From contig OZ245002.1 in assembly GCA_965223415.1 (NCBI GenBank), positions 5,728,001 to 5,792,000 on the forward strand: a stretch of DNA of 64,000 bases, given 5' to 3'. Position 1 is the stretch's first letter. Each line of letters starts with the position of its first letter. Source of the DNA: Myxococcota bacterium (lineage in GTDB: Bacteria > Myxococcota_A > UBA9160 > UBA6930). The notes beneath the pieces were generated by a model. The model had not been told where the DNA came from and ran no database searches. It saw only the letters and a program-made list of their open reading frames with translations. This document shows, one piece after another, positions 1 through 11,324 of this stretch. Made by a program: the position numbers and the translations under genes.

Positions 1-157
1 AGGCCGTGCTCGGCGCGCTCCCGGTGGCACCATCCGGCGGGGCCGACTCGCTGGTCGCACCCGGCGAGTCCGGCTAGAACCGGCCTCCGAAGTGTAGAGC
101 GCCTGCCGGCCTTCCTCGCCGAGCTGGACACACTGGATATTTCTGAGAGGGGCTCTA

Positions 158-1369
158 GTGTCCTGTTTCGGAAAAAAGTACGCAAAATAGTGCGAACTCC
201 CAACGTGCAGGGGGCATCTTACCGGCATCACGTTGGGGGGACGTATGGCGAATCGTGGCCGGCCCAAGACGCCGATTGTGCTGACGGATGCGGAGCGAGA
301 AGAGCTCCAGACGCACGCCAGAAGGCGGAAGAGCGCGCATCAGTTGGCCTACCGCTCGCGCATTGTATTGCTCGCAGAGCAGGGGCTGACGAATGGGGAA
401 ATCGCGGAACGCGTAGGCAAGCGACGAGAGACCGTCGGGATCTGGCGCAAGCGCTTCGTCGAAAAGCGGATCGCTGGGCTCTACGACGAGCCCAAGCCGG
501 GAGCGCCCCGGACGGTGACCGACGAGCAGGTCGATGAGGTCGTGCGCTTGACGCTAGAGGAAACGCCCACGGGAGCGACGCACTGGTCCGTTCGCCTGAT
601 GGCGAAGCGGGTAGGCCTCCCGACGACGACGGTTCATCGCATCTGGCGAGCATTCAGCCTCCAGCCGCACCGAGTCGAGCGCTTCCGGCTCTCCAACGAT
701 CCCCATTTTGTGGACAAGGTGGTGGATATCGTCGGCCTGTACATGTCTCCGCCGGCGAACGCGGTCGTCCTCTGCGTCGACGAGAAATCGCAGATCCAAG
801 CGCTGGAACGGAACCAGCCTGTCTTGCCGATGCAACCGGGCCGGGCGGAGCAGCGCACACACGGATACCTACGCCATGGCACGACGACACTCTTTGCCGC
901 ACTCAACATCGCAACGGGCGAAGTGATCGGATCCCTCCATCGCCGGCACCGCACGGAGGAGTTCCTGAAGTTCCTCAGGACGATCGACGACAACGTACCC
1001 GCCGAACTCGACATCCATCTCGTGCTCGACAACTACACCACGCACAAGACGAAGCGAACTCGGAGCTGGCTCGCGCGCCACCCTCGTTTCCACGTGCACT
1101 TCACCCCGACGTACAGCTCATGGCTGAATCAGGTCGAGCGGTTCTTTGCACTCATCACCGAGCGTTGCATCCGTCGCGGCGTGCATCGCAGCACGAGGGC
1201 GCTCGAGAACGACATCCGGAGCTTCCTGAAGACGACGAACGACGATCCGAGACCCTTCGTCTGGACCAAGACCGCGGATCAGATCCTCGCGAGTGTGCGG
1301 CGCTACTGTGGTCGCGTCCTCGACGTCCACTCCGATTCTAATCGAGTGGTTTCTTCTGGAACAGGACAC
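158..1369 (+). mobile_element. IS630-family insertion sequence
   Basis: Terminal inverted repeats: left (CTA)GTGTCCTGTTTCGGAAAAAA, right TTTCTTCTGGAACAGGACAC(TAG). Both ends sit in CTAG, with TA at 156-157 and 1370-1371 (the TA duplication typical of IS630). Encodes a DDE transposase; visibly lower GC than the flanks. Confidence 0.93.
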
Positions 1370-1372
1370 TAG
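245..1372 (+). CDS. IS630-family transposase (single intact ORF)
   Basis: N-terminal HTH; catalytic-type motifs [26 protein letters not shown]. The stop TAG includes the target-site TA. Confidence 0.95.
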   Translation: MANRGRPKTPIVLTDAEREELQTHARRRKSAHQLAYRSRIVLLAEQGLTNGEIAERVGKRRETVGIWRKRFVEKRIAGLYDEPKPGAPRTVTDEQVDEVVRLTLEETPTGATHWSVRLMAKRVGLPTTTVHRIWRAFSLQPHRVERFRLSNDPHFVDKVVDIVGLYMSPPANAVVLCVDEKSQIQALERNQPVLPMQPGRAEQRTHGYLRHGTTTLFAALNIATGEVIGSLHRRHRTEEFLKFLRTIDDNVPAELDIHLVLDNYTTHKTKRTRSWLARHPRFHVHFTPTYSSWLNQVERFFALITERCIRRGVHRSTRALENDIRSFLKTTNDDPRPFVWTKTADQILASVRRYCGRVLDVHSDSNRVVSSGTGH

Positions 1373-1385
1373 CCTGCGCCGCTCC

Positions 1386-2864
1386 ATGCCCCGCCCCGCC
1401 GACCCCGCCGATCGTGCCCGGCGGGCGGTGGAGGAGCAGCTCGAGGAGCTGGGCGATCCGGAGGCGGGCCCGGCCAATCCCACCGGCACCCTGGTCGTCG
1501 GAAGCGGTGCCGGCGACCCGGACGAGCTCGTCCTCGGCAGCCGACCGACGGCCTCGACCGGCGAGATCTGGCGTCTGGCCTGGCCGGTGATGCTCTCCCA
1601 GAGCCTGGCGGCCCTCGTGAACCTGGTGGACGTGGCGATGGTCGGCCGGATCGGACCCGAAGCCCAGGCGGCGGTGGGCTACGCCGTGCAGCTCTTCTTC
1701 GTGTCCCAGTCGGCGCTCTTCGCCCTCTCCTTCGCCTGCGTGGCGGTGATGGCCCGGGCGATCGGGGCGAGAGATCCGGCGGAGTCCCGGCGGGCCTTCG
1801 CCGCATCCCTGGTCCTCGGCGTCGCGGCCGCGGCGGTGCTGAGCGGGGCGATGTTGGCGGCGCCGGAGACGGTGCTCGGCTGGCTCTCGGCCTCGCCGGA
1901 GGTCGTGGACCAGTGCGTTCCCTACCTGCGGTACCTGATGGCCTCGGCCGTGTTGATGAGCGTCTGCCTCACGATCGAGAGCGGCCTGCGGGCGAACAAG
2001 GACACGCGCACGCCACTGCGCATCACCCTCGTGATCACCGTCGTGAAGATCGCGCTGAACGCGCTCTTGATCTTCGGGCTCTGGGGCTTCCCCGAGATGG
2101 GCGTGGCGGGTGCCGGTGTCGCCACCCTGGCGGCCCAGGCGGTGGCGGTGGTGCTCTTCGTCGCGGCCGTGCTGCGCTCCCCCCGCGACGGACCCACCGG
2201 GTTGCGGCGGCGGGACCTCGACGGCATGGCCCGCCACCTGCCGGAGCTGGTGCGCATCTCGCTGCCGGGCGTCGGCGAGCGCCTGGTGATGAACGTGGCG
2301 ATGATCTCCTACTTCGCGTTCATCGGCGCCTACGGCACGGTCGCGGCGGCCGCCTACACGATCGGCATCCGCATCCTCTCGTTCTCCTGGATCCCGGGCA
2401 TCGGCTACAGCCAGGCCGTCGCCACCCTGGTGGGCCAGGCCCTGGGCGCCGGCGACCGGGACGCCGCGCGGCGGGCCACGGCCCGTGCCGCCGGGCTGGC
2501 CGTCGTGACCGCCGTGGGCATGGGCGCAGTGGGCGCCGTCGCGCGCGAGCCCCTGGCCGAGCTCTTCACCGTCGACCCGGAGACGGTGGCCACCCTGGGC
2601 CCCTTCATGCTCTGCCTCTCCCTGGCCCAGCCGGTGATGCAGCTCCACTTCACCCTGGCCGGCGCCTTCCGCGGCGCCGGCGATACCTGGACGCCGCTCG
2701 TCGCCTCCGTCGTCGGCAACTGGCTCCTGCGCGTCCCCCTCGCCTGGCTCGCCGCCACCGTCCTGGACGGCCCCCTCCTCTGGATCTGGCTCGTCCTCAT
2801 CCTCGACCACCTCGCGCGCGCCCTCTATCTCACCCACGCCTACCTGAGAAACGGAGTCCGTTAA
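1386..2864 (+). CDS. MATE family efflux transporter
   Basis: About 12 TM segments; LAWPVMLSQ..DVAMVGRIG, GLRANKDTRTPL, FRGAGDTWTPL repeats. ATG at 1386. Confidence 0.9.
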   Translation: MPRPADPADRARRAVEEQLEELGDPEAGPANPTGTLVVGSGAGDPDELVLGSRPTASTGEIWRLAWPVMLSQSLAALVNLVDVAMVGRIGPEAQAAVGYAVQLFFVSQSALFALSFACVAVMARAIGARDPAESRRAFAASLVLGVAAAAVLSGAMLAAPETVLGWLSASPEVVDQCVPYLRYLMASAVLMSVCLTIESGLRANKDTRTPLRITLVITVVKIALNALLIFGLWGFPEMGVAGAGVATLAAQAVAVVLFVAAVLRSPRDGPTGLRRRDLDGMARHLPELVRISLPGVGERLVMNVAMISYFAFIGAYGTVAAAAYTIGIRILSFSWIPGIGYSQAVATLVGQALGAGDRDAARRATARAAGLAVVTAVGMGAVGAVAREPLAELFTVDPETVATLGPFMLCLSLAQPVMQLHFTLAGAFRGAGDTWTPLVASVVGNWLLRVPLAWLAATVLDGPLLWIWLVLILDHLARALYLTHAYLRNGVR

Positions 2865-2939
2865 GTTGGGGGCCGGTTTCGTTTGTTAAGTTGTTCGCGT
2901 ATGGAGAGGACAACTTAACAAACGAGACCGGCCCCCAAC

Positions 2940-2944
<5 letters not shown>
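2860..2944. repeat. 85-bp palindromic element (35-bp arms, 1 mismatch, 15-nt loop)
   Basis: GTTAAGTTGGGGGCCGGTTTCGTTTGTTAAGTTGT ... ACAACTTAACAAACGAGACCGGCCCCCAACTTAAC. Contains the TAA stops of both convergent genes. Confidence 0.95.
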
Positions 2945-5225
<2,281 letters not shown>

Positions 5226-5567
5226 CTATTCTTCTTCGACTCCGGCGCGCAGCGGATAGCCCCGGCTCTCGGCCTCCTTGTGAACCGTCGCCACCTTCGT
5301 CTCCGCCACCTCCAGGGTGTAGACACCGGCCACGCCGGATCCGGAGCGATGGATCTTGAGCATCAGGGCGTTCGACTCCACGGGGCTCTTGCGAAAGACC
5401 GATTCGAGCAGGGCGACCACGAAGGCCATGGGAGTGTAGTCGTCGTTGTAGAGGACCACCTTGAACCGCGGCGGCTTCGCGGCCTTCTTCCTCGTCTTCT
5501 CGGCGACGCCGCCTTCCCGGTCGCGCCAGGTCCCGCCCCCCGGCGGCCCACCCGGATCGTTCGACAT
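5226..5567 (-). CDS. clpS: Clp protease adaptor ClpS
   Basis: VVLYNDDYTPMAFVV...IHRSGSGVAGVYTLEVAETK signature. Confidence 0.96.
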   Translation of the reverse strand: MSNDPGGPPGGGTWRDREGGVAEKTRKKAAKPPRFKVVLYNDDYTPMAFVVALLESVFRKSPVESNALMLKIHRSGSGVAGVYTLEVAETKVATVHKEAESRGYPLRAGVEEE

Positions 5568-5631
5568 CCCGGGAGCGTAGCAAGGCCGCCCCGCGCGCCG
5601 TCACCCGCGGCCCCCGGTTACACTGCGGCCG

Positions 5632-6774
5632 ATGGCCGAGCTGGAGATGCTTTCGGGGGTGCGCGACGTGCCCCGCGAGGCGTGGAACGAGCTGGTGGGC
5701 GACGCGTCGCCCTTCCTCGAATGGGAATGGCTCGCCTCCCTCGAGGAGGCGGGCTGCGTCGGGCCGGAGAAGGGCTGGGCGCCCCGACCGCTCGTGGTGC
5801 GCGAGGAGGGCCGGCTGGTCGCCGCCTGTCCGGTCTACCTGAAGGGCCACAGCGAGGGCGAGTTCGTCTTCGACTGGAGCTGGGCCGACGCCGCCTACCG
5901 GGCGGGCATCGAGTACTACCCGAAGATGCTGGTCGGCGTGCCCTTCACGCCGGTGACCGGCGCGCGCTTCCTGGTCGCGCCCGGGGAGGATCAGGCGGAG
6001 CGCTCGGCGCTCCTCGCCCGGGCGCTCCTGGCGGTGTGCGAGGGCAACGATCTCTCCGGCGTCCACGTGAACTTCTGCCTCGAGGAGGAACGCCCGGCCC
6101 TGGAGAAGGCCGGCTACCTGCCGCGGCTCGGTTTCCAGTACCACTGGCACAACCGGGGCTTCGAGAGCTTCGACGACTACCTGGCCAGCCTGCGCAGCAA
6201 GCGCCGCAACCAGGTGCGGCGCGAGCGCCGGGAGCTCGAGCGCCAGGGCGTCACGATCGACTGTCTCGCCGGGGACGACATCTCCGACGACCTCTTCGAG
6301 CCCATGTATCGGATCTACCTCTCGACGATCCGCGACAACCCGTGGGGCCGCCAGTACCTGAATCGGGAGCTCTTCGACCTTCTCCGCGAACGCTTCCGCC
6401 ACCGGCTGTGCTTCATGGTGGCGCGGCAGGACGGGGAGATCCTGGCCGGCACCGTCAACGTCCAGAAGGGCGACGCGCTCTACGGCCGCTACTGGGGCTG
6501 CTTCCAGGAGCTGCGCCACCTCCACTTCAATGTCTGCTACTACGCGGGCATCGAGCACTGCATCGCCCACGGCCTGCGCCGCTTCGAGCCCGGCGCCGGC
6601 GGCCAGTACAAGCAGCTCCGCGGCTTCGACGCCCACCCCACCTGGAGCTTCCACCACCTCCGCGACCGGCGCCTGGCCGACGCCGTCGCCCGCTTCCTCG
6701 AGGCCGAGCGCCACGAAGCCGACGCCACCATCGACTGGTACGCCGACCACTCCGCCAACCGCCGCGACCGCTAA
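5632..6774 (+). CDS. DUF482 / FemAB-like GNAT-fold protein
   Basis: YLKGHSEGEFVFDWSWA, YYPK..PFTPVTG, LYGRYWG, LHFNVCYY, FEPGAGGQYK..RGF. Confidence 0.88.
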   Translation: MAELEMLSGVRDVPREAWNELVGDASPFLEWEWLASLEEAGCVGPEKGWAPRPLVVREEGRLVAACPVYLKGHSEGEFVFDWSWADAAYRAGIEYYPKMLVGVPFTPVTGARFLVAPGEDQAERSALLARALLAVCEGNDLSGVHVNFCLEEERPALEKAGYLPRLGFQYHWHNRGFESFDDYLASLRSKRRNQVRRERRELERQGVTIDCLAGDDISDDLFEPMYRIYLSTIRDNPWGRQYLNRELFDLLRERFRHRLCFMVARQDGEILAGTVNVQKGDALYGRYWGCFQELRHLHFNVCYYAGIEHCIAHGLRRFEPGAGGQYKQLRGFDAHPTWSFHHLRDRRLADAVARFLEAERHEADATIDWYADHSANRRDR

Positions 6775-6780
6775 CCCCAA

Positions 6781-6854
6781 AACGCAAGAGTGGGGACGTT
6801 CCTTGCAACTTGCGCATTTGCGCAAGTTGCAAGGAACGTCCCCACTCTTGCGTT
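6781..6854. repeat. 74-bp palindromic element (perfect 36-bp arms, TT centre)
   Basis: AACGCAAGAGTGGGGACGTTCCTTGCAACTTGCGCA-TT-TGCGCAAGTTGCAAGGAACGTCCCCACTCTTGCGTT, between convergent stops. Confidence 0.97.
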
Positions 6855-6855
6855 C

Positions 6856-7344
6856 TCAGGTACGGAGGGAGACGCTGCGGCCGTCGGGCTCGACCTCGGG
6901 GATCCAGACCTGGCTGCCGTACTCGGTGCCGAGCCAGATGGCGGTGTTGCAGCGGAAGAGGCGCTTCTTCGGCTCCTCCCCGTAGAGGGTGACCTCGATC
7001 TCGTCGAGCTCGTAGGCGTCGTCCCGGCGGGCGCTGCGACTGGATTGCTTGCGGAGGTAGACGCGATCGATGGCGTCGAAGCCCACGTAGAAGAGCGCGG
7101 GATCGTTCCAATCGGCGTGGGCCATCTTCGGCTGCTTGGAGCCGGCGAGGGCGGCCTCCTCCCATACCTTGCCCAGGTGGTACTTGATCCGGCTGCGACG
7201 CTCGAAGTCGTCGAACCAGGCCACGTCGAGGGGAAACTCGCGACCACCGGCGGTGCCGGACACCCCGATGTAGAGCGCGTCGTCGGTCCCCGCCTCCTTG
7301 GCGGTCCCGGTGTTGAGCTGAACAACCATGCCTCGGAGTGTCAC
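6856..7344 (-). CDS. Hypothetical protein, PLAT/LH2-like beta domain
   Basis: GTG start behind AGGAGG. TG..AGTDD..YIG.SG..G...DDFER pattern resembles PLAT/LH2. Confidence 0.6.
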   Translation of the reverse strand: MTLRGMVVQLNTGTAKEAGTDDALYIGVSGTAGGREFPLDVAWFDDFERRSRIKYHLGKVWEEAALAGSKQPKMAHADWNDPALFYVGFDAIDRVYLRKQSSRSARRDDAYELDEIEVTLYGEEPKKRLFRCNTAIWLGTEYGSQVWIPEVEPDGRSVSLRT

Positions 7345-7393
7345 CCGGAGCCTCCTCTCGAGTCGGGTAGTATACCCGGCCAAGGAGGCCCCC

Positions 7394-8374
7394 ATGGCCA
7401 AGATCATCGGCAACCTCGATCCCCAGGACGACTACCTCCACGAGCTCGGCCCCGAGCCGAACTTCAACGAGAGCGCCTACTACAACTTCTTCGACCAGAA
7501 GCAGTCCCTGGGCGGGTGGTTCCGCCTGGGCAACCGGGCGAACGAGGGCAACGCCGAGATGACGGTGTGCCTCTACCTTCCCGACGGCCGCGTGCTCTTC
7601 ACCTTTCGCCGGGCGCCCATCGACCACAATGACGCCTTCGACGCCGGCGGCCTCGCCTTCGAGGTGCTCGAGCCCACCGAGCGCCACCGCACCACCTTCG
7701 AGGGCACGGTGGTCGAGCTGGCGGAGCCACGGGACATGGCCGAACCCCGCCGCGCCTTCAAGGACAACCCGAAGAAGCGCATCTCCTTCGACCTGCTGCA
7801 CGAGGCCGTCGGCCCGCTCTACGGGAGCAAGGCCGCGAAGCAGGAGGAGGAGCGCGACGCGGAGCAATCCTTCGCCAAGGCCCACTTCGAGCAGCACATG
7901 CACGTGACCGGCGCCCTCGACATCGACGGCGAGAGCCTCCCGATCGACGGCTACGGCCTGCGCGACCACAGCTGGGGCCCGCGCTATTGGCAGGCGATCC
8001 ACTCCTACGAGTGGCTGACCCTGAACTTCGGCCCGGACCTGGGCGCCATGGTCTCGGTGATCCAGCGCGATGCCGAGGGCAAGGAGCGCAGCGCCGGGGG
8101 CGTGCTCGTGCGCGGCGACGAGATGGAGCGCCTCGTCGACGCCACCATCGAGGCCGAGTTCGAGGAGAACGGCCTCTACCACAAGCAGGTGACGGCGAAG
8201 GTCAAGACCGAGAGCGGCGAGGAGCTCACCATCGAAGGCCAGGTGGAGAGCTTCATCCCCCTGCGAAACCGCCGCGAAGGCAGGGTCACCCACATCGGCG
8301 AGGGCATGACCACCTGGACCCTCGGCGACCGCACCGGCCACGGCCTCTCCGAGTTCCTGCGGCAGGTGAAATAG
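7394..8374 (+). CDS. Conserved hypothetical, tocopherol-cyclase/AttH-like beta-barrel protein
   Basis: AAGGAGG RBS; NESAYYNFFD, HFEQH and GLRDHSWGPR motifs. Confidence 0.65.
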   Translation: MAKIIGNLDPQDDYLHELGPEPNFNESAYYNFFDQKQSLGGWFRLGNRANEGNAEMTVCLYLPDGRVLFTFRRAPIDHNDAFDAGGLAFEVLEPTERHRTTFEGTVVELAEPRDMAEPRRAFKDNPKKRISFDLLHEAVGPLYGSKAAKQEEERDAEQSFAKAHFEQHMHVTGALDIDGESLPIDGYGLRDHSWGPRYWQAIHSYEWLTLNFGPDLGAMVSVIQRDAEGKERSAGGVLVRGDEMERLVDATIEAEFEENGLYHKQVTAKVKTESGEELTIEGQVESFIPLRNRREGRVTHIGEGMTTWTLGDRTGHGLSEFLRQVK

Positions 8375-9408
8375 TGGCGCTCCGCATTCTCCTGGCGGCT
8401 GGTGCGGCGGCCGCCCTGGCCGCCAGCGCGCAGGCCCAGAGCGTGAAGCTCAAGGTGCAGTCCGCCTGGAGCCGGAACATGCCCGTGCTGGGCGAGACGA
8501 TCCAGAACTTCGCCTCGCGCATGGAGGCGATGGGTGGTCACGGTATCCGCCTGCGCGTCTACGATGCGGACAAGCTCGTGCCCACCCTCCAGATCATGGA
8601 CGCGGTCTCCGCTGGGAAGGTCGATGCCGGCTTCGCCTGGCCCGGCTACTGGATGGGGAAGCTCCCGGCCGCGGCGGTGTTCGGCGCGGTCCCCTTCGGC
8701 CCGGAGGCGCCGGAGTACCTGGCCTGGCTCCACGAGGGCGGCGGCCTCCAGCTCTGGGAGGAGATCTACGCGGAGCTCGGCGTCGTTCCCATTCCCTGCG
8801 GCGTAATCCCACCGGAGGCGTCGGGCTGGTTCCGCAAGCCGATCGAGAGCGAGGCGGATCTCCAGGGCCTCAAGGTACGCTACGCCGGCCTGGGCGGGAA
8901 GACCCTGGAGAAGCTCGGGGCGTCGATCACCATGCTGGCCGCCGGAGACATCTTCCTCTCCCTGGAGCGCGGCGTGCTCGACGCCACCGAGTACTCCATG
9001 CCCGCCGTCGACAGGCCCCTGGGCTTCTACAAGGTGGCCAAGCACTACTACTTCCCGGGCTGGCACCAGCCTTCGTCGATCATGGAGCTGGTGGTGAACG
9101 CCGAGAGCTGGGCCGAGCTCTCGGCGGCCCAGCAGGCGGCAGTGCGCACGGCCTGCGACGCCTCGACCACCTGGAGCCTCACCCGGGGCCTGGCGATCCA
9201 GGGCGAGGCCCTGGCCTACTTCGAGGAGCAGGGCGTGACGGTCCACACCTGGCCGCCGGAGCTCATGGCCCGCTTCCGCTCCGCCGCCGCGGAGGTGATG
9301 GCGGAGGCCAGCGCAGCGGACCCGGACTTCAAGCGGGCGTGGGAATCCCTGCAAGCCTTCCGGGCCGAGCACCGGCCCTGGTCGTCGATCGCGACGCCCG
9401 AGGACTAG
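8374..9408 (+). CDS. dctP: TRAP transporter substrate-binding protein (DctP, TakP-like)
   Basis: GTG overlaps the previous TAG; signal peptide; GWFRKPI..DLQGLKVR, LERGVLDATE, YYFPGWHQP. Confidence 0.9.
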   Translation: MALRILLAAGAAAALAASAQAQSVKLKVQSAWSRNMPVLGETIQNFASRMEAMGGHGIRLRVYDADKLVPTLQIMDAVSAGKVDAGFAWPGYWMGKLPAAAVFGAVPFGPEAPEYLAWLHEGGGLQLWEEIYAELGVVPIPCGVIPPEASGWFRKPIESEADLQGLKVRYAGLGGKTLEKLGASITMLAAGDIFLSLERGVLDATEYSMPAVDRPLGFYKVAKHYYFPGWHQPSSIMELVVNAESWAELSAAQQAAVRTACDASTTWSLTRGLAIQGEALAYFEEQGVTVHTWPPELMARFRSAAAEVMAEASAADPDFKRAWESLQAFRAEHRPWSSIATPED

Positions 9409-9409
9409 C

Positions 9410-9931
9410 ATGAGGCGGACGCTGCGGCGGTTCGCCGACGGGGTAGCGGCCCTCTCGGAACGCGTGGGCACGGCTGCGGCCTGGCTCTACCCGGCGCTCG
9501 TGGGCGTGATGGTCGTGAACGTGGCCCTGCGCTACGGCCTCGGCCGCGGCTTCATCGAGCTGGAGGAGCTCCAGTGGCACCTCTACGCCGGCGCGTTCCT
9601 GCTCGGCTTCGCCTACACCTACGTCGCGGACGAGCACGTGCGCGTGGACGTCGTGGCCTCGCAACTGCCGCCCCGGGCCCGCGCGTGGATCGAGCTCCTG
9701 GGCTGCCTGCTGCTCCTCTTCCCTTTCACGGCGATCGTGTCGGCCTCGGCCTTCGACTTCTTCCTCCAGTCCTGGCAGCTCGGCGAGCGCTCGCCCATGC
9801 CGAGCGGGCTCCCCCACCGCTGGATCATCAAGGCTGTGCTCTTCGCGGCGCTCTCGCTGCTGTGCCTCCAGTCCCTGGGCACGGCGGCGAGTCGGGCGCT
9901 CTTCCTCTGGCCCGAGCGGGAGGAGCGCTAG
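9410..9931 (+). CDS. dctQ: TRAP transporter small permease (DctQ)
   Basis: 4 TM segments; EELQWHLY, HVRVD motif. Confidence 0.9.
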   Translation: MRRTLRRFADGVAALSERVGTAAAWLYPALVGVMVVNVALRYGLGRGFIELEELQWHLYAGAFLLGFAYTYVADEHVRVDVVASQLPPRARAWIELLGCLLLLFPFTAIVSASAFDFFLQSWQLGERSPMPSGLPHRWIIKAVLFAALSLLCLQSLGTAASRALFLWPEREER

Positions 9932-9937
9932 GCGGCC

Positions 9938-11284
9938 GTGGAAGGTGATCTCAACGTCCTCTTCGTCGTGCTCATGTTCGCGAGCTTCGTGGCGCTGCTG
10001 CTCACGGGCTACCCGGTCGCGTGGGTGCTGGCGGGCGTCGGGGTCGTCTTTGCCGCGACCGGCGAACTCCTGAACGCCCGCGGTGTCGACGTGGACGCGG
10101 ACCTGGCCACCCTCGGGCTCGTGGTGGACCGCATCTACGGAACGATGTCGAACTACGGGCTGGTTCCGCTTCCCCTCTTCGTGTTCATGGGCCACATGCT
10201 CGATCGCAGCGGCGTGGCGGCGGAGCTGCTGCGCGCCCTCCAGGCGTTGATGGGGCGCCTGGCCGGCGGCCTCGCCCTCGCGGTGACGCTCCTGGGCGTG
10301 GTGTTGGCGGCCTCGACGGGCATCATCGGCGCGTCGGTGGCACTCCTCGGCACCCTCGCGCTGCCGGCCATGCTCGAGGACGGCTACCAGCCGGAGCTGG
10401 CGGTCGGCACCGTCGCGGCGTCGGGCTGCCTCGGGATCCTGATCCCGCCGAGCATCATGCTCGTGCTGATGAGCGACCCCATGCAGCTCTCGGTGGGCGA
10501 TCTCTTCCTCGGCGCGGTCTTCCCGGGCCTGCTGCTCGCCGGCCTCTACCTGGGCTACCTGGGCCTGCGCTGCTGGTGGCAGCCCGAGCTGGCGCCACCC
10601 CACCGCGGCAGCGCCGGCAGCGCCGCCCTGGGCGATGTGCTGCGCGCCCTCCTCCCGCCCCTGGGCCTGATCGCCCTGGTGCTGGGCTCGATCTTCTTCG
10701 GCGTGGTCTCGCCGTCGGAGGCCGCCGGGGTGGGCGCCCTGGGTGCCACCCTTCTCTCTCTGGCGCGCCGTCGTCTCGACCGCCGGGTCGTGCGGGAGGT
10801 ATCCCGCGCCACCGCCCGCACCACGTCGTTCATCTTCGCCATCTTCCTCGGCGCGACCTGCTTCTCCGTCGTGCTCCGGGAGCTGGGCGGCGACCAGGTG
10901 ATCGAGGGGGCCATCACCGCCCTGCCCTTCGGCCCCACCGGCATCGTCGTCTCGTTGATGGCCCTCGTCTTCGTGCTGGGCTTCTTCCTGGACTGGATCG
11001 AGATCACCTTGATCGTCCTGCCCCTCGTCGAGCCGATCACCGGCGTGCTCGGCATCGACAAGCTCTGGTTCACCATGCTGGTCGCGGTCTGCCTGCAGAC
11101 CTCCTTCCTGACGCCACCCGTGGGCTTCGCCCTCTTCTACCTGAAGGGCGTGGCGCCGCCGGAGATCGAGCTGCCCCATCTGTACCGCGGCATCGTGCCC
11201 TTCGTCCTGCTCCAGCTGGTGGGGCTGGCCGCCCTCTTCCTCTGGCCGGAGCTGGTCACCTGGCTCCCGGCAGCGGCCTTCTGA
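9938..11284 (+). CDS. dctM: TRAP transporter large permease (DctM)
   Basis: PLFVFMG, LGILIPPSIML, TSFLTPPVGFALFYLKG. Confidence 0.93.
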   Translation: MEGDLNVLFVVLMFASFVALLLTGYPVAWVLAGVGVVFAATGELLNARGVDVDADLATLGLVVDRIYGTMSNYGLVPLPLFVFMGHMLDRSGVAAELLRALQALMGRLAGGLALAVTLLGVVLAASTGIIGASVALLGTLALPAMLEDGYQPELAVGTVAASGCLGILIPPSIMLVLMSDPMQLSVGDLFLGAVFPGLLLAGLYLGYLGLRCWWQPELAPPHRGSAGSAALGDVLRALLPPLGLIALVLGSIFFGVVSPSEAAGVGALGATLLSLARRRLDRRVVREVSRATARTTSFIFAIFLGATCFSVVLRELGGDQVIEGAITALPFGPTGIVVSLMALVFVLGFFLDWIEITLIVLPLVEPITGVLGIDKLWFTMLVAVCLQTSFLTPPVGFALFYLKGVAPPEIELPHLYRGIVPFVLLQLVGLAALFLWPELVTWLPAAAF

Positions 11285-11324
11285 TGCTGCGCACCTGCCT
11301 CCCGATGGCGGCCTTCTGATGCTG
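11257..11324 (+). repeat. Imperfect 35-bp-period tandem duplication of the dctM 3' end
   Basis: CACCTGGCTCCCGGCAGCGGCCTTCTGATGCTG vs CACCTGCCTCCCGATGGCGGCCTTCTGATGCTG. Confidence 0.85.

Noticed and set aside
1..77. Possible 3' end of an upstream CDS (frame 3, TAG at 75-77)
   Set aside because: Only 24 codons are visible; no identity can be supported.
6781..6854. Palindromes as plain rho-independent terminators, or as IS630-derived MITEs
   Set aside because: Stems are 30-40 bp without U tracts and share sequence between loci; their ends do not resemble the IS630 terminal repeats.
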